DNA of 64,000 bases, taken from the sequence record PQ657784, one strand, 5' to 3'. Under the pieces are notes generated by a model that made no database searches, was not told the origin of the DNA, and was given only the letters and a program-made list of their open reading frames with translations. The stretch comes from Escherichia phage EPIMRB01. Within the stretch, counting starts at the first letter, position 1. Each line of letters starts with the position of its first letter. Shown one piece after another: positions 39,418-49,677 of the stretch. A program made the translations under genes and the position numbers.

Positions 39418-39741
39418 TTAGTCTTCTATGATATCTCTATCATATCCAAGTGAAATGAGAGTTTCTTTGAAGTGTTTAATGTTCTTTTGTCTAGAATCAT
39501 TAATGAAAATGACTGGATAACGAATGTTAAGAGATGTGAATCCAGCGCGTTTAGCAAGAGATACAATCAGTGGACGATCATACTCAATCTTACCATTATT
39601 TGTAAGAACTTTATAGAAAGTAAAAGGAGCATTGAGCTCCTTTAGAAGTTTTGTAACTGATTGACATCCAGGACAACGACCTACTTCATCTGGAATTCCA
39701 TAGACTTCAATCTTATTCTTTAAGTTCGAGTTTTGTTCCAC
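39418..39741 (-). CDS. nrdH: NrdH-like glutaredoxin
   Basis: CPGC redox motif in glutaredoxin-like context; probable GTG start at 39741 with AAGGA SD (track start at 39870 overlaps the upstream ORF by about 150 nt). Confidence 0.55.
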   Translation of the reverse strand: MEQNSNLKNKIEVYGIPDEVGRCPGCQSVTKLLKELNAPFTFYKVLTNNGKIEYDRPLIVSLAKRAGFTSLNIRYPVIFINDSRQKNIKHFKETLISLGYDRDIIED

Positions 39742-40024
39742 GAGAAATAATTCCTTGGTAAGCCCAATAAGGAGGATTAACAGAATCCTCACCAGAGTTT
39801 TCTTCAGGAAAATAAACCTGGATAACGAAGCCGGATTCATCAAAGGTGAAATAAGTAGTAGGCAGTTCACCTAACAAATCGGCACGAGCGTTGATTTCTT
39901 CGAGGTCTTGTTCACGTCCAGCCCAGAAGCTTGGGTTCAGACTACATTCATAGAAATAATAGTCATTACCGAACATATCAAAACCATTCCAACTCTCTAC
40001 TACATACCGCTCAAAACTAATCAT
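39713..40024 (-). CDS. hypothetical protein
   Basis: 103-aa ORF. Confidence 0.45.
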   Translation of the reverse strand: MISFERYVVESWNGFDMFGNDYYFYECSLNPSFWAGREQDLEEINARADLLGELPTTYFTFDESGFVIQVYFPEENSGEDSVNPPYWAYQGIISRGTKLELKE

Positions 40025-40026
40025 AA

Positions 40027-40242
40027 TTAAGCCTTTTTATCAAGAACCGCATTCAGCTTGTTAGTAATTTTATCCAGACGCTCATTGAACTCACTAGAAG
40101 ATAAGCCCTTTTCTGGAGAAATTAAACTAATCACGAAAAATATAGCAATAAAAGGAATAAGGAAAATAGCTCCAACTGCCATAAACAGAAAGAATGTTAC
40201 AGTTGTAAGAAAATCAGCTAAACCTTTACGAAATTTATACAT
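40027..40242 (-). CDS. hypothetical membrane protein
   Basis: 71-aa ORF with one long hydrophobic segment. Confidence 0.45.
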   Translation of the reverse strand: MYKFRKGLADFLTTVTFFLFMAVGAIFLIPFIAIFFVISLISPEKGLSSSEFNERLDKITNKLNAVLDKKA

Positions 40243-40366
40243 TTACCTTTACCTTTACCTTTAATTGATTAACCAAGCATTGATAAGCACTAAACTATAT
40301 TGCGAATAAAATTCTGGACCAAAATGAAAAATCATATCATTTATAGTATCCATAATGTAATTCAAT

Positions 40367-40837
40367 TTAATCATGTGTCCACACCCCATCGGTATTTGAC
40401 CAAAGTCGCTGATTATCTGATCCTCGCCACAGCTTTTTAGTCGGAAGATTTTTCTCATACTTCCCATCAATAATAACATCAACATATTTAAGCATTTCTA
40501 GTTGTTTAATATCTTCAAACTTATATCCTGTCCACAACCAAATGCTTTTATTGGGATAAAGATTTTTTACTGTTTGAACGATGCAATGAATAACATCTCG
40601 GTTATCAGGATAGAGAGGGTCACCTCCGGTTATAGTCAATCCTTCTATATAATCATTATTCAAACATTCAATCAATTGTTCTAGCGTTTCACCAGTGAAT
40701 GGAATACCATTTCTAGCATTCCATGTTGATTTATTATAACACCCTTCACATTTATGCAAACAACCTGTAACGAAAAGAACGACCCTGCAACCAGGGCCAT
40801 TCACAAAATCACAAGGATAAAATCTATCATAATTCAT
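40367..40837 (-). CDS. nrdG: anaerobic ribonucleotide reductase activating protein NrdG (radical SAM)
   Basis: 156 aa as T4 NrdG; CLHKCEGC radical-SAM cysteine cluster. Confidence 0.9.
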   Translation of the reverse strand: MNYDRFYPCDFVNGPGCRVVLFVTGCLHKCEGCYNKSTWNARNGIPFTGETLEQLIECLNNDYIEGLTITGGDPLYPDNRDVIHCIVQTVKNLYPNKSIWLWTGYKFEDIKQLEMLKYVDVIIDGKYEKNLPTKKLWRGSDNQRLWSNTDGVWTHD

Positions 40838-42651
40838 TGATGCTTAACCCTATGCATGATTTCTTTATTTTTACCGAGATTAAATCCGCGTTCGTTCGGA
40901 TTTCCCAAATAACCACATGTTCTTCTTATTGTGTTCATCTTTTTAGGATCAGTTTCTCCACAAATAGAACAAACAAATCCGTTTTCAGTAGGAGTCATTT
41001 CATGGGTACTTCCACATGTAAAACATTTATCTACTGGCATATTAACACCAAAATAATCTAAATGTTGTGCAGCATAATCCCATACGGCCTCAAGACCCTT
41101 TAAGTTATTTTTCATATCAGGAAGTTCAACATAAGAAATGTGGCCGCCTGTCGCAATGAAATGATATGGTGCTTCGCGAGAAATCTTTTCAAACGGAGTA
41201 ATATTTTCTTCTACTGAAACATGGAAACTGTTAGTGTACCAACCTTTATCGGTAACATCCTTTACACTTCCATATTTTTCGGTATCAAGTTTACAGAAGC
41301 GATAACAAAGGTTTTCAGCAGGAGTAGAATACAAACTAAAAGCAAACCCAGTTCTTTCAGTCCACTGTTTAAGACGAGCATTCATTTTAGTTAAAATTTC
41401 CTGTCCAATATCACGACCGACAAGAATATTCAATTCGTGAATACCAATGTATCCTAGAGACACTGAACTTCTGCCATTTTTAAATAACTCAATTATATCG
41501 TCATCAGGTTTAAGACGAACCCCGAATGCACCTTCTTGGTAAAGAATAGGAGCAACAGTCGCTTTAACTCCTTTTAAGGAACTAATTCTACACATCAAAG
41601 CTTCAAAACATAAATCCATTCGCTCATTGAACAATTCAACAAATTTCTGTTCATTGAATTGTGTTCCAATATAAGAATCTAACGCGATACGAGGAAGATT
41701 CAGTGTTACAACACCGAGATTATTACGTCCATCAAGAATTTCATTGCCAGTCGAATCTTTCCATACGCTCAAGAAACTACGACAACCCATTGGAGAAACA
41801 GGAATAGATGAGCCGGTGATAGCTTTATTGTTCTTAGCCGAAATGATGTCAGGATACATTCTTTTGCTTGCGCACTCTAGAGCAAGCTGTTTAATATCAT
41901 AGTTCGGATCGTCTTTATAAAGATTAACACCTTCTTCAACGAACATAACAAGTTTAGGGAAAATAGGAGTTATCCCATCACGACCAAGACCTTTAATACG
42001 ATTTTTCAGAATTGCTTTCTGAATCATTCGTTCAGTCCAGTCAGTTCCCGTACCAAATGTAATTGTTACAAAAGGCGTTTGTCCGTTTGAACTAAAGAGA
42101 GTATTTACTTCATATTCATAAGCTTGGAATGCATCGTATACATCTTTTTCTGTTTTAGATTGAGCATAATTCAACGCATCAGCGATTTGCCATTTTTCTG
42201 CATCCTCAATATGTTTTGCATAGGTGCGTTTAACATAAGGAGAAAGTACTTTATCTACATTAGCAAAAGTCGTTCCGCCGTATTGATGGGAAGCAACCTG
42301 TGCAGTAATTTGTGCCATAATTGCAGTAGCAACTCCAATTGATTTAGGAGTTTCAATCTGTGCATTACCTAGCTTAAATCCGTTCTCAAGCATTCCTTTT
42401 AAATCTACTAAACAACAATTAGTAAATGGAAGAGCAGGGGAATAATCAATATCATGGAAATGAATAATTCCGCTTTCATGCGCTTTCATAATAAAAGACG
42501 GGACCATATTTTTGGCAATGTGTTTAGACACAATACCAGCCATAAGGTCCCGTTGAGTTGGAAAAACACGAGAATCTTTATTAGCATTCTCGTTTAAAAG
42601 GTCTTTATTAGTTTTATGAATCAATCCTTCAATTTCTTTTTCAATTGTCAT
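40834..42651 (-). CDS. nrdD: anaerobic ribonucleoside-triphosphate reductase NrdD, intron-less
   Basis: 605 aa continuous ORF; C-terminal glycyl-radical and Cys4 zinc region. Confidence 0.95.
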   Translation of the reverse strand: MTIEKEIEGLIHKTNKDLLNENANKDSRVFPTQRDLMAGIVSKHIAKNMVPSFIMKAHESGIIHFHDIDYSPALPFTNCCLVDLKGMLENGFKLGNAQIETPKSIGVATAIMAQITAQVASHQYGGTTFANVDKVLSPYVKRTYAKHIEDAEKWQIADALNYAQSKTEKDVYDAFQAYEYEVNTLFSSNGQTPFVTITFGTGTDWTERMIQKAILKNRIKGLGRDGITPIFPKLVMFVEEGVNLYKDDPNYDIKQLALECASKRMYPDIISAKNNKAITGSSIPVSPMGCRSFLSVWKDSTGNEILDGRNNLGVVTLNLPRIALDSYIGTQFNEQKFVELFNERMDLCFEALMCRISSLKGVKATVAPILYQEGAFGVRLKPDDDIIELFKNGRSSVSLGYIGIHELNILVGRDIGQEILTKMNARLKQWTERTGFAFSLYSTPAENLCYRFCKLDTEKYGSVKDVTDKGWYTNSFHVSVEENITPFEKISREAPYHFIATGGHISYVELPDMKNNLKGLEAVWDYAAQHLDYFGVNMPVDKCFTCGSTHEMTPTENGFVCSICGETDPKKMNTIRRTCGYLGNPNERGFNLGKNKEIMHRVKHQ

Positions 42652-43121
42652 TTTAAACTCTTTCTAAGCTGCTTCTTAAATGAAGCTATTAACTGTGTTT
42701 TTGTGTCAGATTCATTATATTCAAATCCTCTTTGAAGCATCTCAGCCATCATTTCCTCTTTTCCTAAACGAGAAAATTCCTTTGATTTATCTCCAACAAA
42801 GTTAGGGTGAATATTATTTTGGGTGTAATCGGATTTTAAATAAGTAAGTAAATTTTCTAACCATTCAAGATAATCAACGCCTTGTCCTTTTAAGCCAGAA
42901 CGATTAAATTTATGTTTCATTTGACCTTCTGCAGCATTGCAGAGATTACAGAGCAATCCACGTACCTTTCCAGCTTTCGGTCCATTTAATTCATGGTCAT
43001 GGTCAAGATGATTAGCTTGAACATCAGGATTTAATTCTCGTTGGCAAATTAAGCATTTACCGTTTTGTGCATTATAAAATTTTTGTTTTTCTTCTTTGTA
43101 TAATTTGCCAGTCAATAACAT
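42648..43121 (-). CDS. 49: endonuclease VII gp49 (Holliday junction resolvase)
   Basis: 157 aa as T4 endo VII; CxxC zinc motif and H-N-H-like core. Confidence 0.9.
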   Translation of the reverse strand: MLLTGKLYKEEKQKFYNAQNGKCLICQRELNPDVQANHLDHDHELNGPKAGKVRGLLCNLCNAAEGQMKHKFNRSGLKGQGVDYLEWLENLLTYLKSDYTQNNIHPNFVGDKSKEFSRLGKEEMMAEMLQRGFEYNESDTKTQLIASFKKQLRKSLK

Positions 43122-43170
43122 AATAAAACCCTTACCTTAAATAGATAAGGGTATTTATTATTTTCAAGTA

Positions 43171-43617
43171 TTAAAACGCTCGGTCAGAAAAAGAAATTTG
43201 AGTTTCAAGCCATTCAATATATTCTGCCGCGGCTTGCATCAAATTTCCTTCATAACCATCGTTATTTTCTTGTGCAGCTAATTTAGCTAATGCATATGAA
43301 ATGCGTTCACCTTGAAAAGCGGCTTTAGGTTTATGAATAGCTTGATCAACTCGTTCTACGACTTCTTCAATTTCGCCATTTTCTACTGATTCAGTATTCC
43401 ACAAGCACCAATACGAAATTGGCTTATCGTAGATGTTAATAATCTTTCCATCAGAAAGTTCAATTTCAATAATTCCAGTATCAGGTTCTATATCATCTTC
43501 ACATTCTTTTGCAAGTTCACGAACTTTAAAGACAGTACCTGCACTAAGTTCCGGCCAGTAATTACATAGCCCTGTATCAACACGATTAATTCTAAACCAC
43601 TTATCTACTGTAATCAT
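43171..43617 (-). CDS. pin: Pin-like protein
   Basis: 148 aa from ATG at 43617 with GGAG SD; immediately after gene 49 as T4 pin; synteny only. Confidence 0.4.
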   Translation of the reverse strand: MITVDKWFRINRVDTGLCNYWPELSAGTVFKVRELAKECEDDIEPDTGIIEIELSDGKIINIYDKPISYWCLWNTESVENGEIEEVVERVDQAIHKPKAAFQGERISYALAKLAAQENNDGYEGNLMQAAAEYIEWLETQISFSDRAF

Positions 43618-43657
43618 GTCCCATCTCCATATCAATTAAGTCATTTATCGTTGGTTC

Positions 43658-43687
43658 ATTATATACTGTTTCTTCATCAGTGTAAAC
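43658..43687 (-). promoter_or_regulatory. early promoter upstream of pin-like gene
   Basis: GTTTAC-N18-TATAAT. Confidence 0.55.
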
Positions 43688-43740
43688 CGGTTCTTCCAGC
43701 TCTGGCTCTACAGTTTCCCATCTAGCCGCCCACCAGGGTT

Positions 43741-44061
43741 TTATAGCGTAATCCATTCTCGTACTGTCTGAGTTACTACACGTTCATGGGGCTCGACTAG
43801 TTCAACAGTCGGAACTGCATAATACCAGTCAGAATGATAAGAACCTGACCGAGATTCATTTACAGCCACATGTACATTATGTTTTGGACTAAAGTAAACA
43901 CACTGACGATATTGACATTTACCATCTTGCACCCAGTCTTCTATTTCGACAGGTTTAAGATAATCGGAAAAATCGAAATCATAGTTTTCCGAAAATGCAT
44001 CATGGTCTTCAATGATTTCGCTCAGAACTGCATCAACATCTAATTTATTTTCAATAGTCAT
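43741..44061 (-). CDS. hypothetical protein
   Basis: 106-aa ORF. Confidence 0.45.
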   Translation of the reverse strand: MTIENKLDVDAVLSEIIEDHDAFSENYDFDFSDYLKPVEIEDWVQDGKCQYRQCVYFSPKHNVHVAVNESRSGSYHSDWYYAVPTVELVEPHERVVTQTVREWITL

Positions 44062-44071
44062 TTTTCACCAA

Positions 44072-44281
44072 TTAATTTCGCAATTTATTAAGTTCTTCAT
44101 CATCAATCCAGGATTCTAGTCCTGATGGCAGGGCACATTCAATTTCCCAAAGAAGTTCTTCAATTTTATGAAGACGATCTAATTCTTCAGCTGGAATAGT
44201 AACCATTGATGGAGTTCTTGATACACTAATATCGTAAATCATATTTACCCCAGTTTGACCATGCAATCGCCGTATTTCCAC
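44072..44281 (-). CDS. hypothetical protein
   Basis: 69-aa ORF. Confidence 0.45.
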   Translation of the reverse strand: MEIRRLHGQTGVNMIYDISVSRTPSMVTIPAEELDRLHKIEELLWEIECALPSGLESWIDDEELNKLRN

Positions 44282-44460
44282 TTAGAAATAGACTTTTCAC
44301 CATTAGAATAATAAACTTCGAGTTTAGCACGATTATTTTTAATTTGAATAACCTTGGCTGTCATCAAAGTTCCATATCCATAGTAAACTGCAACTTCATC
44401 ACCTACATATACCGCGCTTCCGCGATAATCATGGATATAATCAGTTCCTTCGAGCATCAT
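44245..44460 (-). CDS. hypothetical protein
   Basis: 71-aa ORF. Confidence 0.45.
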   Translation of the reverse strand: MMLEGTDYIHDYRGSAVYVGDEVAVYYGYGTLMTAKVIQIKNNRAKLEVYYSNGEKSISKWKYGDCMVKLG

Positions 44461-44720
44461 TTAAAGTATTCCCGCAATTGGTCAAATCCACCAATATGAC
44501 TTCCATCAGGAGCAAATATCTGAGGCATTGTCAAGCCGATTTGAGTATCACGACCTAGTTTAGTCAGAAGCTCAGCGATTTTCTCATCATCAAAAACACC
44601 TTTTTCCGGCATAATGTTGATAAATTCAAACGGCTGTTTCTTCACAGTCAAAAGACGTTTTGCATTATCGCAATACACACATTTATGGATGTTGCTATCA
44701 TAACCATATACTTTAAACAT
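44457..44720 (-). CDS. nrdC: thioredoxin/glutaredoxin NrdC
   Basis: 87 aa, MFKVYGYDSNIHKCVYCDNAKRLL as T4 NrdC; CVYC active site. Confidence 0.9.
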   Translation of the reverse strand: MFKVYGYDSNIHKCVYCDNAKRLLTVKKQPFEFINIMPEKGVFDDEKIAELLTKLGRDTQIGLTMPQIFAPDGSHIGGFDQLREYFK

Positions 44721-44721
44721 A

Positions 44722-44964
44722 TTATTCCTTAATTCCTAGTACTTGTTTAAAAGTCTCGTCGTAATCAAGACTTTGACCCGTTTGTTCTTTATGTTTGTAT
44801 ATAATATCACTTACTTCTGATAGCATATTTTTATATGAACGAGTTAAAGCTGATTTAAGCACGCTGTATCTATCAGGAAATTTACCATGTTCATTATAAT
44901 AAGCTATTGCTAATTCACGGACTGCCTTTTCGGCAGTCTCCATATATTCTTTACGCTTTGTCAT
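44722..44964 (-). CDS. hypothetical protein
   Basis: 80 aa from ATG at 44964. Confidence 0.4.
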
Positions 44965-45247
44965 TTTCTTCTCGGTCAAATCGGTGTTTACAATGGCGAC
45001 ATTTATAACGAAGATTACTAGTATGCCAATGGACCAATTGCACCTGTTCAGTTCCACATTCAGGGCAATTAGGAACGTTTTTAGAAGCACGTTCGCGACG
45101 TTCAACCATAGCCATAATGGCATCCCAAGCCGGAGGTTTAAAATCTAAATCGTCAGTAACTAGCAGTCCTTTATCAAACCCAGCGCATGGAGTCCATTCA
45201 GGAAAATCTGAAGCTTCAGCAATATCTTCTAATAAACGCTTTTTCAT
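44951..45247 (-). CDS. hypothetical zinc-finger protein
   Basis: 98-aa ORF with CPECG...CRHCKHR. Confidence 0.45.
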
Positions 45248-46170
45248 TTTAGTACCTCAATAGCATTACGTAAACCATTTGCTTTGGCGGTTAAAGTCTT
45301 AATAACTTTAGTATGCTCTTCAATCTGTTTTTCAACTTCAATCAAACGGGCACTGAGATATTCGCGTTCTTCTTTCATAGTATCATTCCCATGATTGTGC
45401 TTTGGTGTAGGTTTAAATTTACTAGGGTCCTTTAACTTAATAACAACTTTAGTTTCAAACAGTGAAAGACCATAATTCGTATTATCATCAAAGGATTCAA
45501 CTACGTCCATTTTAGACAATAACGTACGAAGATTATAAGTCAAAGAACGAATCGTTTTATTATGTTTATTAGCTTCACATGGTTTCATATATGGAAGATT
45601 TTTATATATTTCATGTGGAGCACAAACAATAATTGACAATTCAAATGGTCCATTCTGTGATGATGGAATGAATTTAGCCGTAACCCAATCTTTTACATTT
45701 ACATTAATAGTACGGTCATCGCCATGACAAAACAGTCTACGAGAATGCTTAAAAAGCATATTCACATTATTATTGAATTCATGTGAAAACTCACTAGCAA
45801 ATTTTTCTTTACTATTTTTAGAAAACCATTCTTCTAAATAAGTTCTTTTCACGTCATTAATAATATTAAATGTAACAACACTAGCATTTGATACATTAGT
45901 CTCAATGTAGTTTGGATACATAAATTTTTTAACATTATTAACAGCTATCACAGAAGATAGTAATCGGGAACGTTTGAACCACTCTAGCAAAGAACCAAGA
46001 GAATGTGAATACGCATTTTGTGTATCTTTACAAATATGGTTTTCCCATCCAATATAGTCTAAAAAATCACGAAGAATATTATTGATTACTGCTCTATGTC
46101 CTATCTGATAATTACGATGTTTAGTAATAAGACTGTCAAAATAATCAATATAATGTTTACGAGTTTTCAT
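45244..46170 (-). CDS. hypothetical protein with C-terminal coiled coil (paralog A)
   Basis: 308-aa ORF; predicted C-terminal heptad-rich helix. Confidence 0.55.
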   Translation of the reverse strand: MKTRKHYIDYFDSLITKHRNYQIGHRAVINNILRDFLDYIGWENHICKDTQNAYSHSLGSLLEWFKRSRLLSSVIAVNNVKKFMYPNYIETNVSNASVVTFNIINDVKRTYLEEWFSKNSKEKFASEFSHEFNNNVNMLFKHSRRLFCHGDDRTINVNVKDWVTAKFIPSSQNGPFELSIIVCAPHEIYKNLPYMKPCEANKHNKTIRSLTYNLRTLLSKMDVVESFDDNTNYGLSLFETKVVIKLKDPSKFKPTPKHNHGNDTMKEEREYLSARLIEVEKQIEEHTKVIKTLTAKANGLRNAIEVLK

Positions 46171-46222
46171 GTTCTTCTCACTTGGTTAATGATTTATACT
46201 CCGAGCCATCCTTGGCTTTAAA

Positions 46223-47224
46223 TTACTTAATTAGCTGTAAAGCTTGTTCAAGACGATCCAGACGATTAACAGATTCTTCCCAAATCCTTTTAGCCTTCTC
46301 ATATTCTTTCTGCGCTTTATTAGAAATTTCTAGAACTTCTTTATAAGCTTTTTCTAGTGCAATAACTTCTGGACGAATTTCTATCGGTTCAGGCGAATCG
46401 TCAAGACATTCCATTAGTTCTTCAAGGGTAGTTTCTTCTTTAGGAGTATTCACAATTTCATCACATTTTTGTTGGTAAATTTCTTTATCAGTCGGTGAGT
46501 ACGTACGTTTCACTTCACGGAGGCTAATTATAATTTTATATCCTTCCCAACCACACATATTTTTGAAAGGATATGTATGAATACTTTTTACGGTTTCCAT
46601 ACAGCCCAAAGCCGCCTCTAATTGATAAGTTATAGTGCTAGCAATTGAGAAAAATTTATTAATATTCTTTTGGTTAGCGTTTGGTGTAAAAAATCCATAA
46701 TTCACAAAAATAGCTACTTTATTTTTATCAAGCTCATATTCTTTTACGATAATCATATCAGAAGCCAAAGGATGAATTTGACGATAATTGCCATAACATA
46801 ATTTAGAAGCTGATTTTAGAATTTGTCCTTTGAAAAGTCTGAAATTACTAATCCAACGACGAGTAAAAATATTCTCAGGGTCTTCTTTATTATTAAGATG
46901 ATAAGAATTAACATCACCGAACCAATTATATCCTACTACATCTTTAGTTCGTTTAATTTCTTTCCCAAATTTACCAAGAATATCTCTGTTAACTAAGTAT
47001 GAAAGAAGACGAGACCCTTTAAAGGTTTTCTTAATGTCATCTTTATCTGTACGACTAGAAATTTCACGAACTTCGTGAATAAATCTGCTGGAAGAAACAA
47101 TGCTTACATCAATATTATTGAGCCATTGATTGATAATAGAAAGAACACTATTCTGACTAGACTTAGGTTTAACTTTATCATCAATAACACTGTTGAATGA
47201 TTTGATATATTCGTTACGAGTCAT
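46223..47224 (-). CDS. hypothetical protein with C-terminal coiled coil (paralog B)
   Basis: 333 aa from ATG at 47224 with GAGGAG SD; track start 47254 lies inside the promoter -10 element; motif QILKSASKL shared with C. Confidence 0.55.
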   Translation of the reverse strand: MTRNEYIKSFNSVIDDKVKPKSSQNSVLSIINQWLNNIDVSIVSSSRFIHEVREISSRTDKDDIKKTFKGSRLLSYLVNRDILGKFGKEIKRTKDVVGYNWFGDVNSYHLNNKEDPENIFTRRWISNFRLFKGQILKSASKLCYGNYRQIHPLASDMIIVKEYELDKNKVAIFVNYGFFTPNANQKNINKFFSIASTITYQLEAALGCMETVKSIHTYPFKNMCGWEGYKIIISLREVKRTYSPTDKEIYQQKCDEIVNTPKEETTLEELMECLDDSPEPIEIRPEVIALEKAYKEVLEISNKAQKEYEKAKRIWEESVNRLDRLEQALQLIK

Positions 47225-47252
47225 ATTAATCTCCTCAGTAGAAAGTAAGAAC

Positions 47253-47282
47253 ATTATACCACATCCTTGTGGTAAAGTAAAC
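47253..47282 (-). promoter_or_regulatory. early promoter upstream of paralog B
   Basis: GTTTAC TTTACCACAAGGATGTGG TATAAT, identical to the rIIA.1 promoter. Confidence 0.55.
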
Positions 47283-48310
47283 TAGTTCAGTGCATTTAGT
47301 GCATTGTTCAGTTTAGAACGTTGCTTCGTGAGATTTTTGACTTTTTCTTGAGCTTTTTCTAGCATCTTTTCAGCTTCTAGCACTTCATTAGTTGCTTTAA
47401 CGAGTTCATCATCTACTGCCTTGATAGACTTCTCAATCGCATCTGCATGCCATTTTTCAACAGGTTTAAGACTCGGATTTTCAATAGGAAGAAAATTCAC
47501 TTTATTGAATTTCCATGCATCCTTATTACCTGAACTATACATCCAAAATTTAGGATCGTTTGATGAATAATTGGATAAATTTAAATTTAAGTTATCTTGC
47601 ACTTCCTGCTTTTTCTCTTGTGTGACTTCGTCCTTTCTCAAAAAATCGTATTTAAATGAAACGATCATATCAAGTTCATATGTTGTTGTGTCTAATTTAA
47701 ATCGTTCAAAACGAGGTAAAATCTTAGACTGAACAGCGGCAACAACATCCATATACTTAAATGCTTCTGTCAACTGCGATTTAAGGCATTCGCAAATTGA
47801 AAGAGAATTTTTTGTATTAGGTTTAAAGCTAATTCGTGCAGTTCTATTATTTTCTTTTAATGGTCTTACTTCCATCTGAAGAGTATAACCATCAAATTTC
47901 AGATTCTTTAAGTTAATATCAGAACCTTTTAATCGACTCGCAGTTGATAAAATTTGCTTTAATTGTCTACGGAACAGAGCAATAAATCTCCATTCAATAC
48001 GATAATGATTTGGATTGAAGAATCCAGATGATAAATCGACCTTACTTTGACCAACGCCTTGAACAAATAGAGGATTTTTATAATCAATAGTTTTACAGAA
48101 ATCGGTGAGCTGCTCACGGGCCGTCATTTGTGTAATATACCCTGCTTTACTAAAATTACGCACCCATTCACTGCTATTCGTATACTTAAAGTGATGAATA
48201 ACACGATTAACTTTATCAGGGTCTAAATTATTTTCACACAAAAATGTCATAACATCACGAGTATAGCTGGCATTACGAACCATATCTTCAATTTGAGAAC
48301 GAGTTTTCAT
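47282..48310 (-). CDS. hypothetical protein with C-terminal coiled coil (paralog C)
   Basis: 342-aa ORF; motif RQLKQILSTASRL. Confidence 0.55.
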   Translation of the reverse strand: MKTRSQIEDMVRNASYTRDVMTFLCENNLDPDKVNRVIHHFKYTNSSEWVRNFSKAGYITQMTAREQLTDFCKTIDYKNPLFVQGVGQSKVDLSSGFFNPNHYRIEWRFIALFRRQLKQILSTASRLKGSDINLKNLKFDGYTLQMEVRPLKENNRTARISFKPNTKNSLSICECLKSQLTEAFKYMDVVAAVQSKILPRFERFKLDTTTYELDMIVSFKYDFLRKDEVTQEKKQEVQDNLNLNLSNYSSNDPKFWMYSSGNKDAWKFNKVNFLPIENPSLKPVEKWHADAIEKSIKAVDDELVKATNEVLEAEKMLEKAQEKVKNLTKQRSKLNNALNALN

Positions 48311-48318
48311 GGTATTCC

Positions 48319-49206
48319 TTAAGATTTAAGTAAATCAACGATTTTAATTAACTTTTCACGCTCAGATTTAGCTTTACTACTCAATCCAGATAGTCTGAAA
48401 ATTTCATCGTCATATTGTTGAATAGAAATATTCAGCTCTTCAATTTGCTTATTAAAATAATCAATTTGTTCAGAATGTTTTTCGTTACTACGACCTGGTG
48501 CAGGTTTTGTAGGCAATTTAGTTGAACTGGATTCATCCGGGCGATAAATTAAAATACAACTTGAACCAATCGGACATTTAGCACCAGATGAATATTCTAA
48601 TGTTCCGGCTTCTTTTAAAACTTCAAAAGCTAAACAGAGATGATGCCCCATATTAACATAATCTGTAGAGCGAGCTCTGACGTAATAATCATCGCCGCGA
48701 ATACTAAATTTAAAGCATTTAAGGTCTTCTGTATTATTGGTCTTAAAAATCATTTGTTTATCTAGACCTTTAGCTAATCGAGCGCCTAATGCTAATAATC
48801 GTCGTTGATTTTCCCACAAATCTGCGATCATTTGATCGAATGATAATTTTGGCATTAGTCGACCATAAAGGTCATATCCTTTATTATAATTACGAAGGAT
48901 TTCACTCGCGTTAATACGAGACAATGCTCCAATTTTATTAAGGGCTTTCATAATGCGATTAGATAAACCCATTCCAGACCAGTTTGTTCGCTGCAAATGT
49001 TTTTCTAATCCAAATCCAATATCAACTTTAAACTTATCTAAAATTTCTGCATGAACATCTCTGTCAATAACATTCAAATCCAAAGTTGGGTTAAATCTAT
49101 GAAAAAATTTATCTGGCTCTCCACGACGAAGTACAGTCCATTCATTCAATTTTTTATTAACTAAAGATTTAATTACTGCATTGACATTATTAATTGCTAC
49201 TGACAT
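48319..49206 (-). CDS. hypothetical protein with C-terminal coiled coil (paralog D)
   Basis: 295 aa from ATG at 49206 with GAGGA SD. Confidence 0.5.
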   Translation of the reverse strand: MSVAINNVNAVIKSLVNKKLNEWTVLRRGEPDKFFHRFNPTLDLNVIDRDVHAEILDKFKVDIGFGLEKHLQRTNWSGMGLSNRIMKALNKIGALSRINASEILRNYNKGYDLYGRLMPKLSFDQMIADLWENQRRLLALGARLAKGLDKQMIFKTNNTEDLKCFKFSIRGDDYYVRARSTDYVNMGHHLCLAFEVLKEAGTLEYSSGAKCPIGSSCILIYRPDESSSTKLPTKPAPGRSNEKHSEQIDYFNKQIEELNISIQQYDDEIFRLSGLSSKAKSEREKLIKIVDLLKS

Positions 49207-49217
49207 ATTTTCCTCAC

Positions 49218-49622
49218 TCAATTTTCAATTTTACTAAATACGCAGAATATGATGGAAAAGACTATATAAGCACCGCACACAGATTGAACTAATACCATTC
49301 CAAAGAACCAGACAATATTATCAAACAGTGTCTGTTTTACGTCGAAAGGACGTAAACTTACAGTAATATTATCACCTTTTTCTATTGAAGAATACATCTC
49401 TGGAGAAATATATTCACTAAATCTATAACCGTCTTTGAGTTCATATACGGCAATAAACGATAAACTAGACCCCTTTCCTTGAGTTCCTGTAAGGGTATTA
49501 ACTATAGTAACATCATAATCTTTATAATGCATATAATCATTAATAGCATAATAACCATATGCAATTACTATACATAAACAACATATCAATAAATTCAATC
49601 TTTTAATTATCAACTGTTTCAT
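49218..49622 (-). CDS. hypothetical membrane protein
   Basis: 134-aa ORF with N- and C-terminal TM segments. Confidence 0.5.
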   Translation of the reverse strand: MKQLIIKRLNLLICCLCIVIAYGYYAINDYMHYKDYDVTIVNTLTGTQGKGSSLSFIAVYELKDGYRFSEYISPEMYSSIEKGDNITVSLRPFDVKQTLFDNIVWFFGMVLVQSVCGAYIVFSIIFCVFSKIEN

Positions 49623-49677
49623 AATAATCTCAATTAAAAGGGCTTAGAACCATTATACCATCCTTGGTATAAAGCGG

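Noticed and set aside
40261-40485. 74-aa minus-strand ORF
   Set aside because: Overlaps the 3' half of nrdG out of frame; no SD.
40834-42651. Group I intron or homing endonuclease in nrdD
   Set aside because: nrdD is a single 605-aa ORF with no interruption and no GIY-YIG or HNH ORF nearby.
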